Positions 8,032 to 16,935 of a stretch of 32,000 bases of DNA are shown piece by piece. The notes below the pieces were generated by a model. It was not told the DNA's origin, did no database searches, and worked only from the letters and a program-made list of their open reading frames with translations. This DNA is from Thermococcus kodakarensis KOD1 (GTDB taxonomy: Archaea > Methanobacteriota_B > Thermococci > Thermococcales > Thermococcaceae): the NCBI RefSeq assembly GCF_000009965.1, contig NC_006624.1, positions 1,110,001 to 1,142,000 of the forward strand. The letters are read 5' to 3'. Each line of letters opens with the position of its first letter. Position 1 is the stretch's first letter. The position numbers and the translations under genes were made by a program.

Positions 8032-9672
8032 TCATCTAGTTTCCAACCTCCAGAGAATTATGCCAACCAGAATCACAGCTACCACCGCTAGAACCGATAT
8101 CTTAGGGATGTTCTCTCTCATTCCCGTGTTTAGATCTGAGCAAAGCGGGAGGCCGAGCACGCTAAGGGGTTCATAATACGGTGGGACGATGTAGGCATCT
8201 CTCCAGGTGATAAGGAGAAACGTGTTGTTACCCACGACAACGGCTTCGGTTTTATCCGCAAGGGCGTAGCTAATGGGTATCCTTCTGCCGTTGTTTATGA
8301 TGAATGCAGTATTATTCTCGTGATCAATTTGAAGGGTTCCAGTTTCGTTATTCGGGATGTATTCGCCATTCACGGGAATATATCTAGGGGGGATCAGGTT
8401 CTTTCCCAGCTCCCTCTCATCCGTCGTGTTGAAGATTTTGAAGCCCTCATCGGTCAGCTCGTAGGCAGTGAAGCCCTCGGTAGTGGTCCCGTTCTGTCGT
8501 ATCTCCCACAAGAAGGCAACAAGGGGGTGGTCGTTCTTTCTGTAAACTTGAACCCAAACGTGATGGTACACGTTTTCATCTTCCTGGTAGTCCAGCCAGT
8601 AGTAGGTTTTCCTCGGGGTTTCAACGGTGTAGTTTCTCCAGGAGAGGGTTCCGTTTCCCAGGAGGACGTAGGAATCGTTGTATTCAGCGATGGGGAGACC
8701 ATCTATATAGAGGGCTTCTCTGCACTTTCCGCTAACCCTGTACACAACTGGAAGGTTGTACATCCTGAACGAGACCACCCACTCGTTTTTCTCCCACGAC
8801 CAGAAACCGTAGAGGGACTTCAGCGGTCTCGACGAGTACGCCAACTTTAGCACTTCCTTTGTGATGTCCCTCTTCGTGCCGTTTGCGATCAAGAAATACC
8901 TCGTGGGAGTGTATTCCGGAAGGAAAGAGAGCGGCTCGTACCTGATTCCATCCTCAACCGCAATATCGAAGGGCGCTTTAACCTCAGGAATGTGGAATCC
9001 CTCAGGGGTCTCGTTTTTAAGCTCGAAGTCTCCGTTGTGGTAGAGGTAGTAAACGGTAGTGTTCGGAAAGATCATATCTACGCGGGCCCACAGGCGGTTT
9101 TTGTTGTCCAGTCCGAGGTTGACCCACGCGTAGGGGGTAATGCCCGCGTTCTCGGGGGCTATCGTGTCCCTCGCCTCCCACGAGAGGCCCCACTCCCCGG
9201 TAACGTTCAGTGTTTTTGGGTCGAGCCTGAAAACGCTGTCGCTGGCTGAGTGAGGAACACTCCCATAGTTAACAACGAGAAAAATGCTCCCGTTGTAGAA
9301 CAGAAAATCGCGGGCATAGCCGACGTAATTGGGGAGCACCGGCCTTAGGGTTATGGGAACACTTCCGTTGTACACCCCCATGTAGAGTTCGTCGTACGGG
9401 TAAGAGTAGATAAGGGTTAGGTTTCCGGCATTGGCAACCTCCAGAGTGTCCACAATGGATAAAAAGTCTCCATCTTCGTATGGCAGCTCCTCCGCTTCAA
9501 GCTTCCATGTTAGATCTTGGAATTCGCTCCCATTGTACGCAAAAAGCCCGTCGTTCTCAACAAGCAACTGGTGACAGCTTTCACACCAGGCTGTACTGTA
9601 GGCACTCACGCAGGGCGATGAGAGTACAATCAAAACAGATATGAGAGCGAGTAATTTTCTATAGTGATTCAT
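8032..9672 (-). CDS. secreted, C-terminally membrane-anchored protein of unknown family; rich in N-glycosylation sequons
   Basis: GGTGAT RBS followed by ATG9672. Signal-peptide-like N-terminus MNHYRKLLALISVLIVLSSPCVSA. C-terminal TM segment ISVLAVVAVILVGIILW followed by RLETR. I count 16 N-X-S/T sequons by hand. No recognisable catalytic motif. Confidence 0.8.
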   Translation of the reverse strand: MNHYRKLLALISVLIVLSSPCVSAYSTAWCESCHQLLVENDGLFAYNGSEFQDLTWKLEAEELPYEDGDFLSIVDTLEVANAGNLTLIYSYPYDELYMGVYNGSVPITLRPVLPNYVGYARDFLFYNGSIFLVVNYGSVPHSASDSVFRLDPKTLNVTGEWGLSWEARDTIAPENAGITPYAWVNLGLDNKNRLWARVDMIFPNTTVYYLYHNGDFELKNETPEGFHIPEVKAPFDIAVEDGIRYEPLSFLPEYTPTRYFLIANGTKRDITKEVLKLAYSSRPLKSLYGFWSWEKNEWVVSFRMYNLPVVYRVSGKCREALYIDGLPIAEYNDSYVLLGNGTLSWRNYTVETPRKTYYWLDYQEDENVYHHVWVQVYRKNDHPLVAFLWEIRQNGTTTEGFTAYELTDEGFKIFNTTDERELGKNLIPPRYIPVNGEYIPNNETGTLQIDHENNTAFIINNGRRIPISYALADKTEAVVVGNNTFLLITWRDAYIVPPYYEPLSVLGLPLCSDLNTGMRENIPKISVLAVVAVILVGIILWRLETR

Positions 9673-9785
9673 TTTAATCACCACATCAAGGGTTTATTAC
9701 ATTCTTGAGTTGTTATTCTCCCTTTAAGCTTTTCGTCCCAATACCTTTTTAACGGGACTTCCAATTTTAACCTGGAGGTGAGAAC

Positions 9786-10124
9786 ATGGCGGAGGACATA
9801 GAGGAGATCAGGAAGCGCAAGCTCATGGAGCTCCAGAAGAAGTACCTCGAACAGCAGAAGGCCCAGGAAGAAGCCCTTAAGCGGGAGATGGAGCTGGAAG
9901 CGCAGCTGGAGGCAATAATGAGAAAAATCCTCACACCCGAAGCAAGGGAGAGGCTTGGAAGGGTCAAACTAGTCAAACCCGAACTGGCGAGACAGGTTGA
10001 GCTTCTCCTGGTTCAGCTCTACCAGGCGGGGCAGATAAGGGAGAGAATAGACGACGCAAAGCTGAAGAGGATTCTGGCCGAGATAGACGCCAGAACGAGG
10101 AGAGACTTTAAGATCAAGTGGTAA
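9786..10124 (+). CDS. PDCD5/TFAR19-like DNA-binding protein
   Basis: MAEDIEEIRKRKLMELQKKYLEQQ...ILTPEARERLGRVKLVKPELARQVELLLVQLYQAGQI matches the archaeal PDCD5 homolog family. The GGAGGTGA RBS precedes ATG9786. Confidence 0.9.
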   Translation: MAEDIEEIRKRKLMELQKKYLEQQKAQEEALKREMELEAQLEAIMRKILTPEARERLGRVKLVKPELARQVELLLVQLYQAGQIRERIDDAKLKRILAEIDARTRRDFKIKW

Positions 10125-10135
10125 AGGGATCGCAT

Positions 10136-10450
10136 ATGGACGCTTCCCTGATCATCAAAATCCTCGACGAAAAGGGAGAGGTAAGTCTGGACACATGGAA
10201 GGTCGTCTCCATAAAGGAGAACGACGATGGGACTGCCGATATACTCTACAAGAACAAGCACGTCGGCAGTGATGGTGATCCCGTCTTCCTGTGGATCTAT
10301 GCCAACATAGTTGAGGAAGACGACGATGTTCGCGTTCTTGAGAGGATAACCTTCAAGAAGGAGGATATCCTCTGGTTGGTTAGGTACGTCTTTCCGAAGG
10401 TTAAGGTTATAAGGGGTTTGCCCAACAGCCCGCCGGCCGGGGGTGTTTGA
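10136..10450 (+). CDS. small acidic hypothetical protein in an operon with tfb
   Basis: The ORF fills the space between the PDCD5-like gene and tfb exactly. ATG10136 lies inside ORF 10118..10450, and its stop abuts the tfb start. Sequence MDASLIIKILDEKGEVSLDTWKVVSIKENDDGTADILYKN... matches no family I recognise. Confidence 0.6.
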   Translation: MDASLIIKILDEKGEVSLDTWKVVSIKENDDGTADILYKNKHVGSDGDPVFLWIYANIVEEDDDVRVLERITFKKEDILWLVRYVFPKVKVIRGLPNSPPAGGV

Positions 10451-11353
10451 GTGAGCGGGAAGAGAGTCTGTCCCGTGTGCGGCTCAACGGAGTTCATATA
10501 CGACCCCAGCAGGGGTGAAATAGTCTGTAAGGTTTGCGGTTACGTTATCGAGGAGAACGTGGTCGATGAGGGCCCCGAGTGGAGGGCCTTTGATCCGGGC
10601 CAGAGAGAGAAGAGGGCGCGCGTCGGTGCTCCCGAGAGCATACTGCTCCACGACAAGGGACTTTCCACCGACATTGGAATAGACAGGTCGCTAACTGGCT
10701 TAATGCGCGAGAAGATGTACAGGCTGAGGAAGTGGCAGTCCCGTCTCAGGGTCAGCGACGCCGCTGAGAGAAACCTCGCCTTCGCCCTCAGCGAACTTGA
10801 TAGGCTCGCGAGCAATCTAAGCCTCCCGAAGCACGTCGAGGAAGAGGCCGCAAGGCTCTACCGTGAAGCAGTGAGGAAAGGACTCATAAGGGGACGCTCC
10901 ATAGAAGCCGTCATAGCCGCCTGTGTTTACGCCGCCTGCAGGCTTCTGAAGGTCCCGAGAACCCTTGATGAGATTGCCGACGTCTCTCGCGTTGATAAGA
11001 AGGAGATTGGAAGGAGCTTCCGCTTCATAGCGAGGCACCTGAACCTCACTCCAAAGAAGCTCTTCGTCAAGCCCACGGATTACGTGAACAAGTTCGCCGA
11101 TGAGCTGGGTCTCAGCGAGAAGGTCAGGAGGAGGGCCATAGAGATCCTCGAAGAGGCCTACCAGAGAGGCCTCACTAGCGGAAAGAGTCCAGCAGGATTG
11201 GTGGCAGCCGCCCTCTATATCGCGAGCCTCATGGAAGGGGAGAAGAGGACCCAGAGGGAAGTGGCGGAGGTTGCCAGGGTCACCGAGGTTACCGTGAGGA
11301 ACAGGTATAAAGAGCTGGTAGAAAAGCTGAACCTCAAGGTTCCGATAGCCTGA
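10451..11353 (+). CDS. tfb: transcription initiation factor B (TFB/TFIIB)
   Basis: Zn-ribbon CPVCGS...CKVCG, a B-reader/linker (GPEWRAFD...[17 protein letters not shown]) and two cyclin repeats. It is near-identical in pattern to Pyrococcus TFB as I remember it. The GTG start follows the upstream stop directly. Confidence 0.95.
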   Translation: MSGKRVCPVCGSTEFIYDPSRGEIVCKVCGYVIEENVVDEGPEWRAFDPGQREKRARVGAPESILLHDKGLSTDIGIDRSLTGLMREKMYRLRKWQSRLRVSDAAERNLAFALSELDRLASNLSLPKHVEEEAARLYREAVRKGLIRGRSIEAVIAACVYAACRLLKVPRTLDEIADVSRVDKKEIGRSFRFIARHLNLTPKKLFVKPTDYVNKFADELGLSEKVRRRAIEILEEAYQRGLTSGKSPAGLVAAALYIASLMEGEKRTQREVAEVARVTEVTVRNRYKELVEKLNLKVPIA

Positions 11354-12376
11354 CTATCGACCGAACCAGCTCTCTAGGGTTCTCTGCTTTCCCGCTTTTA
11401 CCGCTTTTTTCAGCCTTTCGAGGCCGTTCTTAACGCGCTCCTCGCTGAAGTCGTGCTCGTCGCAGAGGAACTTTAGGATCCCTTCCTCGTCCGGCTCGCG
11501 CCACTTAAGCTCGTAGTCGTCAGTAACAGGGGGATTTAGGAAGAACTCCTTTATGGCGTAGAGGTCAACGTCGCTCTCCTTCTGGTACTTGGCCAGCGGG
11601 TCTTTCGTTCTCTTAACGATTGTTAAGGCTTTCTTCGGCCCTATCCCCTTTATTCCGCCAGGGTTGTAGTCAGTCCCGACCAGAATGGCCAGCTCGATGA
11701 GCTTCTCCCTGTCTATCCCGAGCTCCTTAAGAACCTCTTCCAGAACCACCAGCTCCGGCTTGACCTCGACGTAAACGTTCTTTCCGGGAAGTTTTCTCCT
11801 CCCAGTTATCGTGAGGTTCCTTACGAGCCTCGGCGCACCGAAGAGGAGTGAGTCGTAGTCCTGGCTTGCAGAGGCATAGACAGCTTTTTTGGCGGCCATG
11901 TAAGCCGCTTGAGCTTCTCCCTCACTCGGGGCCTGAACGACTGGAATACCCATGAGCTCAAGGAGCTTTTTGGCGTCGTTTATCAGCTCCTCGTTCACCC
12001 TCGTGGCGCGCATCGCGTACTTCTTGGCCTCCTCAAGGTCACCCTTCTCAAGGGCCTCGTACCACTTCTCCTCTGCTTCTTCCCTTGCCTCACGCCTCTT
12101 TTCAAGCTCCCTCTTCTTGAAATCCGGTGGCTTGCCGTCGAAGACGTAGGCCGGCTTTATACCAGCTTCCATCAGGTTGATGGTTCTGTAGAAGAAGCCG
12201 CTGAGGTGAGAAGTGATCCTGCCCTGTGAGTCCATTAGTGGAGTTCCATCGCGCTGCCTTATGGTTGAGAGGAACTGGTACATGGCGTTGAAGGCGTCTA
12301 TGGCAACCTTCTTGCCGTAGAGACTTTCCAGCTCGATTTCCTTTCTCGGTATCAGCTCACCTATCTGGACTCCCAT
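11354..12376 (-). CDS. fen: flap endonuclease 1 (FEN1)
   Basis: [47 protein letters not shown] is the canonical archaeal FEN1 N-terminus. The C-terminal PCNA-binding motif is QRTLESWF. The start is taken at ATG12376; the ORF-track extension to 12466 looks non-coding. Confidence 0.95.
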
Positions 12377-12462
12377 TCTCACCACCGGAAAAGATGAGAA
12401 AAAGAAGTATTTAGGCTTTGCCTCAGCCTGCCAGTTGTACAGTATCTCCAAAGTGTAGAGAG

Positions 12463-13665
12463 TCACCCAAACAGCGTGACCTCAACCTCTTCCCCAGCTT
12501 CGAGGATTTCAACGGTCTCTGGAACTTCTATGAATCCATCAGCATCCACAAAGCTTGTCACCGCGCCGCTGCCCTTCAAAATGGGCACTGCTTTCTCCCC
12601 TTCAATCCTGACCGGAAGGAACTGTCTCCTTCCCTTGACGGAAAATACCTTGTGGGCGAGCCTCTTCTTGACCTTTCTGACTTCAGAACTCCTTCCAATC
12701 AGCTTTCTCAGGAGCGGTGCCACGAGGAGCGTGAAGTTTGTCAGACAGCTCGTTGGGTAGCCTGGAAGCCCGAAGATCGGCTTGCCGTTGATTTCCCCAA
12801 TGATAGTTGGCTTTCCGGGCTGTATTGCTATCCCGTGGATGTAAACCCTGCCAAGCTCCTCAATTATTGAGCTCGTAAGATCCCTTATTCCCCCGCTTGC
12901 CCCACCGCTGAGGAGGACGACATCACAGCACTCAAGTCCCTCGAGTATCAGGCTCTTCAAGCTCTCGCGGTCGTCCCTTGCTATGCCGAGGAAGAGCGCC
13001 TCCCCTCCAAGCTCCCTGACGGCATCGGTTATGGCCCTTCCGTTGATGTCGTATATCTTGCCCGGTTTGAGCTCTTCTCCTGGTGGGATTATCTCATTTC
13101 CGGTGCTTATCACGGCAACTTTTGGTTTTTTAAACACCGGCACTTCGGAGATACCAACCGCCGAAAGGAGGGCAGTTTCCTTGAAGCCGAGCCTGGTTCC
13201 TTTCTTCAGCAGAAGCTTGCCCTTTGGAATGTCCGCCCCTGCCTTCATAACTCCGAGGCCAGGATAGGCAGGCTTGTAGATGATGACGGTGTCCCCATCC
13301 CTGTCAACGTCCTCGAACTGAATGACCGCATCGGCGCCCTCTGGAAGGGGTGCACCAGTGGATATATAGACTGCTTCCCCTTCCTTCAGCTGGATTGAAG
13401 GGGTATCTCCCGCGTTTATCTCACCCACGACCTTCAGCTTAACAGGTTCGCTCTCGCTCGCCATGAAGGTATCCTGAGCGCGAACTGCGTAGCCATCAAC
13501 GGTGGCCCTGTCAAAGGGGGGAACGTCTATTGGGGACACAACGTCCTCTGCAAGAACCCGACCAAGGGCCTGTTCAAGCGAAACTTTCTCGACTTTCGGT
13601 TCAAGGTTAAAGGACTCGATGACCTTTACTGCCTCCTCGAGCGGAACAACCTTAAGGAACGCCAT
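12463..13665 (-). CDS. moeA: molybdopterin molybdenumtransferase MoeA
   Basis: The MoeA domain pattern is visible: [44 protein letters not shown] and [14 protein letters not shown]-like 'atttatagg' (minus strand, 13697-13705) sits only a few nt upstream of ATG13692. The internal ATG13665 ([12 protein letters not shown]) is therefore the more likely start. Confidence 0.9.
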
Positions 13666-13770
13666 TTCCACCACCGAAGTTAATGGTTCCATCGCCTATA
13701 AATCGATTGCGTAAACGGAATGGCTTAACAGAACCGCTAAAAAACGACGGCATAAGTGGAAAGAGGTGAG

Positions 13771-14418
13771 ATGATGAAGGTATACCACCTCTACTCGGGC
13801 GGCAAGGACTCCAGCTTGGCGGCGTGGATTTTAGCAAAGCTGGGCTATGAGGTCAGGCTTGTTACCGTAACTTTCGGAACGCTCGATAACTGGAAGTACG
13901 CGGAGGAAACGGCCAGAAGACTTGGCTTCGAGCATGAAATTCTCAAGCTCTCAGGGGAGATCCTTGAGCGGGCCGCCGAAATGGCAGTTGAAGACGGAAG
14001 ACCCGGAAGGGCGATTCAGTTCATCCACGAAAAGGCTCTTGAGGCCCTGGCCTCGAAACCTGATGTTGAGAGGGTTAGTGACGGAACGAGAAGGGACGAC
14101 AGAGTTCCATACCTCGACCTGCCAAAGGCACGTTCACTTGAGGATCGGTTCGGGGTGGCGTACATAAGGCCTCTCCTCGGCCTCGGCTACAGGACGATAA
14201 ACGAGCTCGTTGGAAGGCTCTTTGAGGTCGAGATAAGGGAGAGCGAGGAGCTTGAGAAGAGCGACTACGAGGTCGAGCTTAGGCACCTCTTAAGGAAGAG
14301 AGGAATTGACCCGCTGTCAATATTCCCGAAAATGCACTATCAGTCCAGGGTTCTTGGATGGAAGGAAGAAAAGCTGACCTCCTCCCCATCGCGAACGGCC
14401 AGGGTTCCAAAGAACTGA
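13771..14418 (+). CDS. PP-loop (adenine nucleotide alpha-hydrolase superfamily) ATPase, specific function unclear
   Basis: SGGKDS PP-loop in MKVYHLYSGGKDSSLAAWILAKLGYEV, and a later DGTRRDD motif. It lacks the EGGE(F/Y)ET motif of Dph6 and the Cys cluster of QueC. The RBS GAGGTGAG precedes ATGATG at 13771. Confidence 0.8.
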   Translation: MMKVYHLYSGGKDSSLAAWILAKLGYEVRLVTVTFGTLDNWKYAEETARRLGFEHEILKLSGEILERAAEMAVEDGRPGRAIQFIHEKALEALASKPDVERVSDGTRRDDRVPYLDLPKARSLEDRFGVAYIRPLLGLGYRTINELVGRLFEVEIRESEELEKSDYEVELRHLLRKRGIDPLSIFPKMHYQSRVLGWKEEKLTSSPSRTARVPKN

Positions 14419-14514
14419 CCCCACTACCGGCGGAAAGGTATAACAGTTCCCCACCACTTGCCTACCTGTCTTCAGTAACAGCTAAGGAAAAGAATTGAAT
14501 CAGAAAGAAAAAAT

Positions 14515-15015
14515 TCACCTAAGAAGCTTGACGAACTCTCTCATCCAGGCGTACAGGTCCCCTGGGTGCCTTGAACTGACCCAGTTTCCGTCAACGACGA
14601 CCTCCGCGTCAATCCACTCGGCGCCAGCGTTCTTCACGTCGTCCCTGATGGTTACCGTGCTCGTGCCCTTCCTTCCCTTCAACACGCCGGCGGAGATGAG
14701 TATCTGCGGCCCGTGGCAGATGCTTGCAACTGGCTTTCCGTCCTCGAACATCTTCTTCGTTATCGCGACGGCCTTTTCGTTCAGCCTGACGATCTCCGGT
14801 GCCCTTCCTCCAGGGAGAACCAGCGCGTCGAACTCGTCCGGATCAACCTCGTCAAAGGCAAGGTCAACGTTGACCGTGTAGCCGTGCTTGCCCGTTATCT
14901 TGCCCCTCTGGAAGCTGGCGACATAGACTTCATGGCCCTCTTCCTTGATCCTGTGGAGAGGATATATCAGCTCAAGGTCTTCAAAACCGTCAGCACTCAG
15001 AATCAAGACCTTCAT
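14515..15015 (-). CDS. pfpI: PfpI/DJ-1 family intracellular protease/deglycase
   Basis: MKVLILSADGFEDLELIYPLHRIKEEGHEVYVAS...ASICHGPQILISAGVLKGRKGTS is a close pattern match to Pyrococcus PfpI/PH1704, including the nucleophile elbow CHG. The start is ATG15015 after GGGGTGAT. Confidence 0.93.
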   Translation of the reverse strand: MKVLILSADGFEDLELIYPLHRIKEEGHEVYVASFQRGKITGKHGYTVNVDLAFDEVDPDEFDALVLPGGRAPEIVRLNEKAVAITKKMFEDGKPVASICHGPQILISAGVLKGRKGTSTVTIRDDVKNAGAEWIDAEVVVDGNWVSSRHPGDLYAWMREFVKLLR

Positions 15016-15115
15016 CTCAATCACCCCCATAACATTCAGATAAAGATTGAAACTCGACATTTATAACCCTTGCTGGACAGAAATGACGAACACGTGTAAA
15101 CATTAAAAAGAAAGT

Positions 15116-15571
15116 TCAGAGCGGCAGTTCGGTGGTCTCCTTGTGAACCTTGAGGACGACCATCGTGTGCGTTGCATCAACTCCTTCAATGCTTCCCATC
15201 TTGTCGAGGAACTCGTTGAGCTCTGAGCTGCTTCTAGTCCTGATTTTCACGATCATGTCGTAGTCGCCGGTGGTCTCATAGACCTCGCATATCTCGGGGT
15301 ACTTCTTAAGCTGGTCAGCGACGTGGCCGTACATCCCAGCCTTGGCCTTTATGAGGATGAACGCGAGTATGCTGAAACCTAGAGCGTTTGGATCCAGGAT
15401 GACCGTGAACTTCTTTATTATTCCCTTCTCCTTAAGCTTCTTTATGCGCTCGTATATCGTGGACTCGGCAAGTCCCACTTCCTTTGATATTTCTCGAAGG
15501 GGAGTTCGGCTGTTCTTCTGGAGAATCATGAGGATTTTCTTATCGACTTCGTCAAGACCTCCTCTAGCCAT
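15116..15571 (-). CDS. Lrp/AsnC family transcriptional regulator
   Basis: LDEVDKKILMILQKNSRTPLREISKEVGLAESTIYERIKKLKEKGIIKKF is an AsnC-type HTH, followed by a RAM-like C-terminal domain. The start is taken at MARGG (ATG15571). Confidence 0.9.
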   Translation of the reverse strand: MARGGLDEVDKKILMILQKNSRTPLREISKEVGLAESTIYERIKKLKEKGIIKKFTVILDPNALGFSILAFILIKAKAGMYGHVADQLKKYPEICEVYETTGDYDMIVKIRTRSSSELNEFLDKMGSIEGVDATHTMVVLKVHKETTELPL

Positions 15572-15606
15572 AAACATCACCACACGGGGAAAATTTTTCG
15601 GAAGAG

Positions 15607-15650
15607 CTTATAAATTTGCCGACTATAGGATACCATACGTTTATAAAAAC
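15607..15650. promoter_or_regulatory. divergent promoter region with two TATA boxes (lrp-like gene leftward, GTPase gene rightward)
   Basis: 'cttataaattt' at 15607-15617 lies about 40 nt from ATG15571 on the minus strand. 'gtttataaaaac' at 15639-15650 lies about 35 nt upstream of ATG15682. Confidence 0.45.
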
Positions 15651-15681
15651 CCGTTCGTCTTTGCGGAAGGGGGTGACAGGA

Positions 15682-16848
15682 ATGCCAACGAACGTAACAG
15701 CGGAATACCTTGCCGCGGAAGAGGAGTACAGGAACGCCAAGACCATTCCAGAGAAGATCCGCGCCCTGGAAAAGATGTACGCAACAGTCCCGAAGCACAA
15801 GGGTACGGAAAAGCTTAGACTCCAGATCAAGAGGAAACTCGCGGAGCTCAGGAAGGAACTTGAAAAACAGAGGCAGATGCGCAAGGGCGGTGGCGGCCCC
15901 TCAATGGCAGTAAGGAAGGAAGGTGCAGCTCAGATCGTCCTAGCCGGTCTCCCAAACGTCGGTAAGAGCTCCCTGATGAGGGCGCTGACGAACGTGGATG
16001 CCGACGTTGCCGACTACGCTTTCACAACCGTCGAGCCGATTCCGGGAATGATGCACCACAAGGACGTTCAGATACAGCTGGTCGAAGTCCCTGGATTAGT
16101 GGAGGGTGCGGCACTAGGAAAGGGAATGGGCCCCCAGCTGTTGAGCGTTATCAGGAACGCCGATGCGATAGCCATCGTTGTTGACCTTTCCCAGGACCCG
16201 GTTAAACAGATGGAGATCCTCCTGAGGGAGTTTGAGAGGGCGGGCATCAAGGTGAACAAGAGGAAGCCAAAGGTGGAGATAAAGAGGACGGCCAGCGGCG
16301 GTATCGTCATCAACGGTCAGGAGAACATAAAGGGCGACATCCAGGAAGTCATGAAGATGCTCAGAGAGGAAAGGATACACTCTGCGGAGATAACCGTTAA
16401 GGAACCTGTGACCCTAGAGGAGTTTGCTGACGCGCTCGATGAAAGCCTCGTCTGGAGAAGGGCGATCATCATAGCGAACAAGGGCGACGCTCCTGGAAGC
16501 AAGGAGAACTACGAGAAGCTTGTCAAAGCCTACGGCGACCGCTTCAAGATAGTGCCGGTCTCGGCGAGGAGAAAGATTAACCTCGACAAGCTAAAGGACG
16601 AGCTTTATGAGCTGGCTGGGATTATCAGGGTTTTCACCAAGAGCCCCGGAGAAGAGCCCGCTTATCCGCCGGTGGCGCTCAAGAAGGGTTCAACGGTTAT
16701 GGATCTAGCTGAAAGAATCCACAAGGACTTCGCCAAGAACTTCCGCTACGCGAGGGTCTGGGGCAAGAGCGTCAAGTTCCCCGGTCAGCGCGTTGGGGCC
16801 GACCACGTGCTCGAAGATGGAGACATAGTGGAAATACACGCAAGGTAG
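15682..16848 (+). CDS. DRG/Obg-family GTPase with C-terminal TGS domain
   Basis: G1 GLPNVGKSS, G4 NKGD, and a TGS-like C-terminus (RYARVWGKSVKFPGQRVGADHVLEDGDIVEI). The N-terminal helical region is typical of archaeal DRG. The RBS GGGGGTGA precedes ATG15682. Confidence 0.9.
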   Translation: MPTNVTAEYLAAEEEYRNAKTIPEKIRALEKMYATVPKHKGTEKLRLQIKRKLAELRKELEKQRQMRKGGGGPSMAVRKEGAAQIVLAGLPNVGKSSLMRALTNVDADVADYAFTTVEPIPGMMHHKDVQIQLVEVPGLVEGAALGKGMGPQLLSVIRNADAIAIVVDLSQDPVKQMEILLREFERAGIKVNKRKPKVEIKRTASGGIVINGQENIKGDIQEVMKMLREERIHSAEITVKEPVTLEEFADALDESLVWRRAIIIANKGDAPGSKENYEKLVKAYGDRFKIVPVSARRKINLDKLKDELYELAGIIRVFTKSPGEEPAYPPVALKKGSTVMDLAERIHKDFAKNFRYARVWGKSVKFPGQRVGADHVLEDGDIVEIHAR

Positions 16849-16935
16849 TGTTGTCCATTATTTTTAGATCTTCTCTGGATATTAGCCTACCTTTCCCAAA
16901 CTCCCTTTGGAAGTGATTCTAGAGGAACCAAGAAC

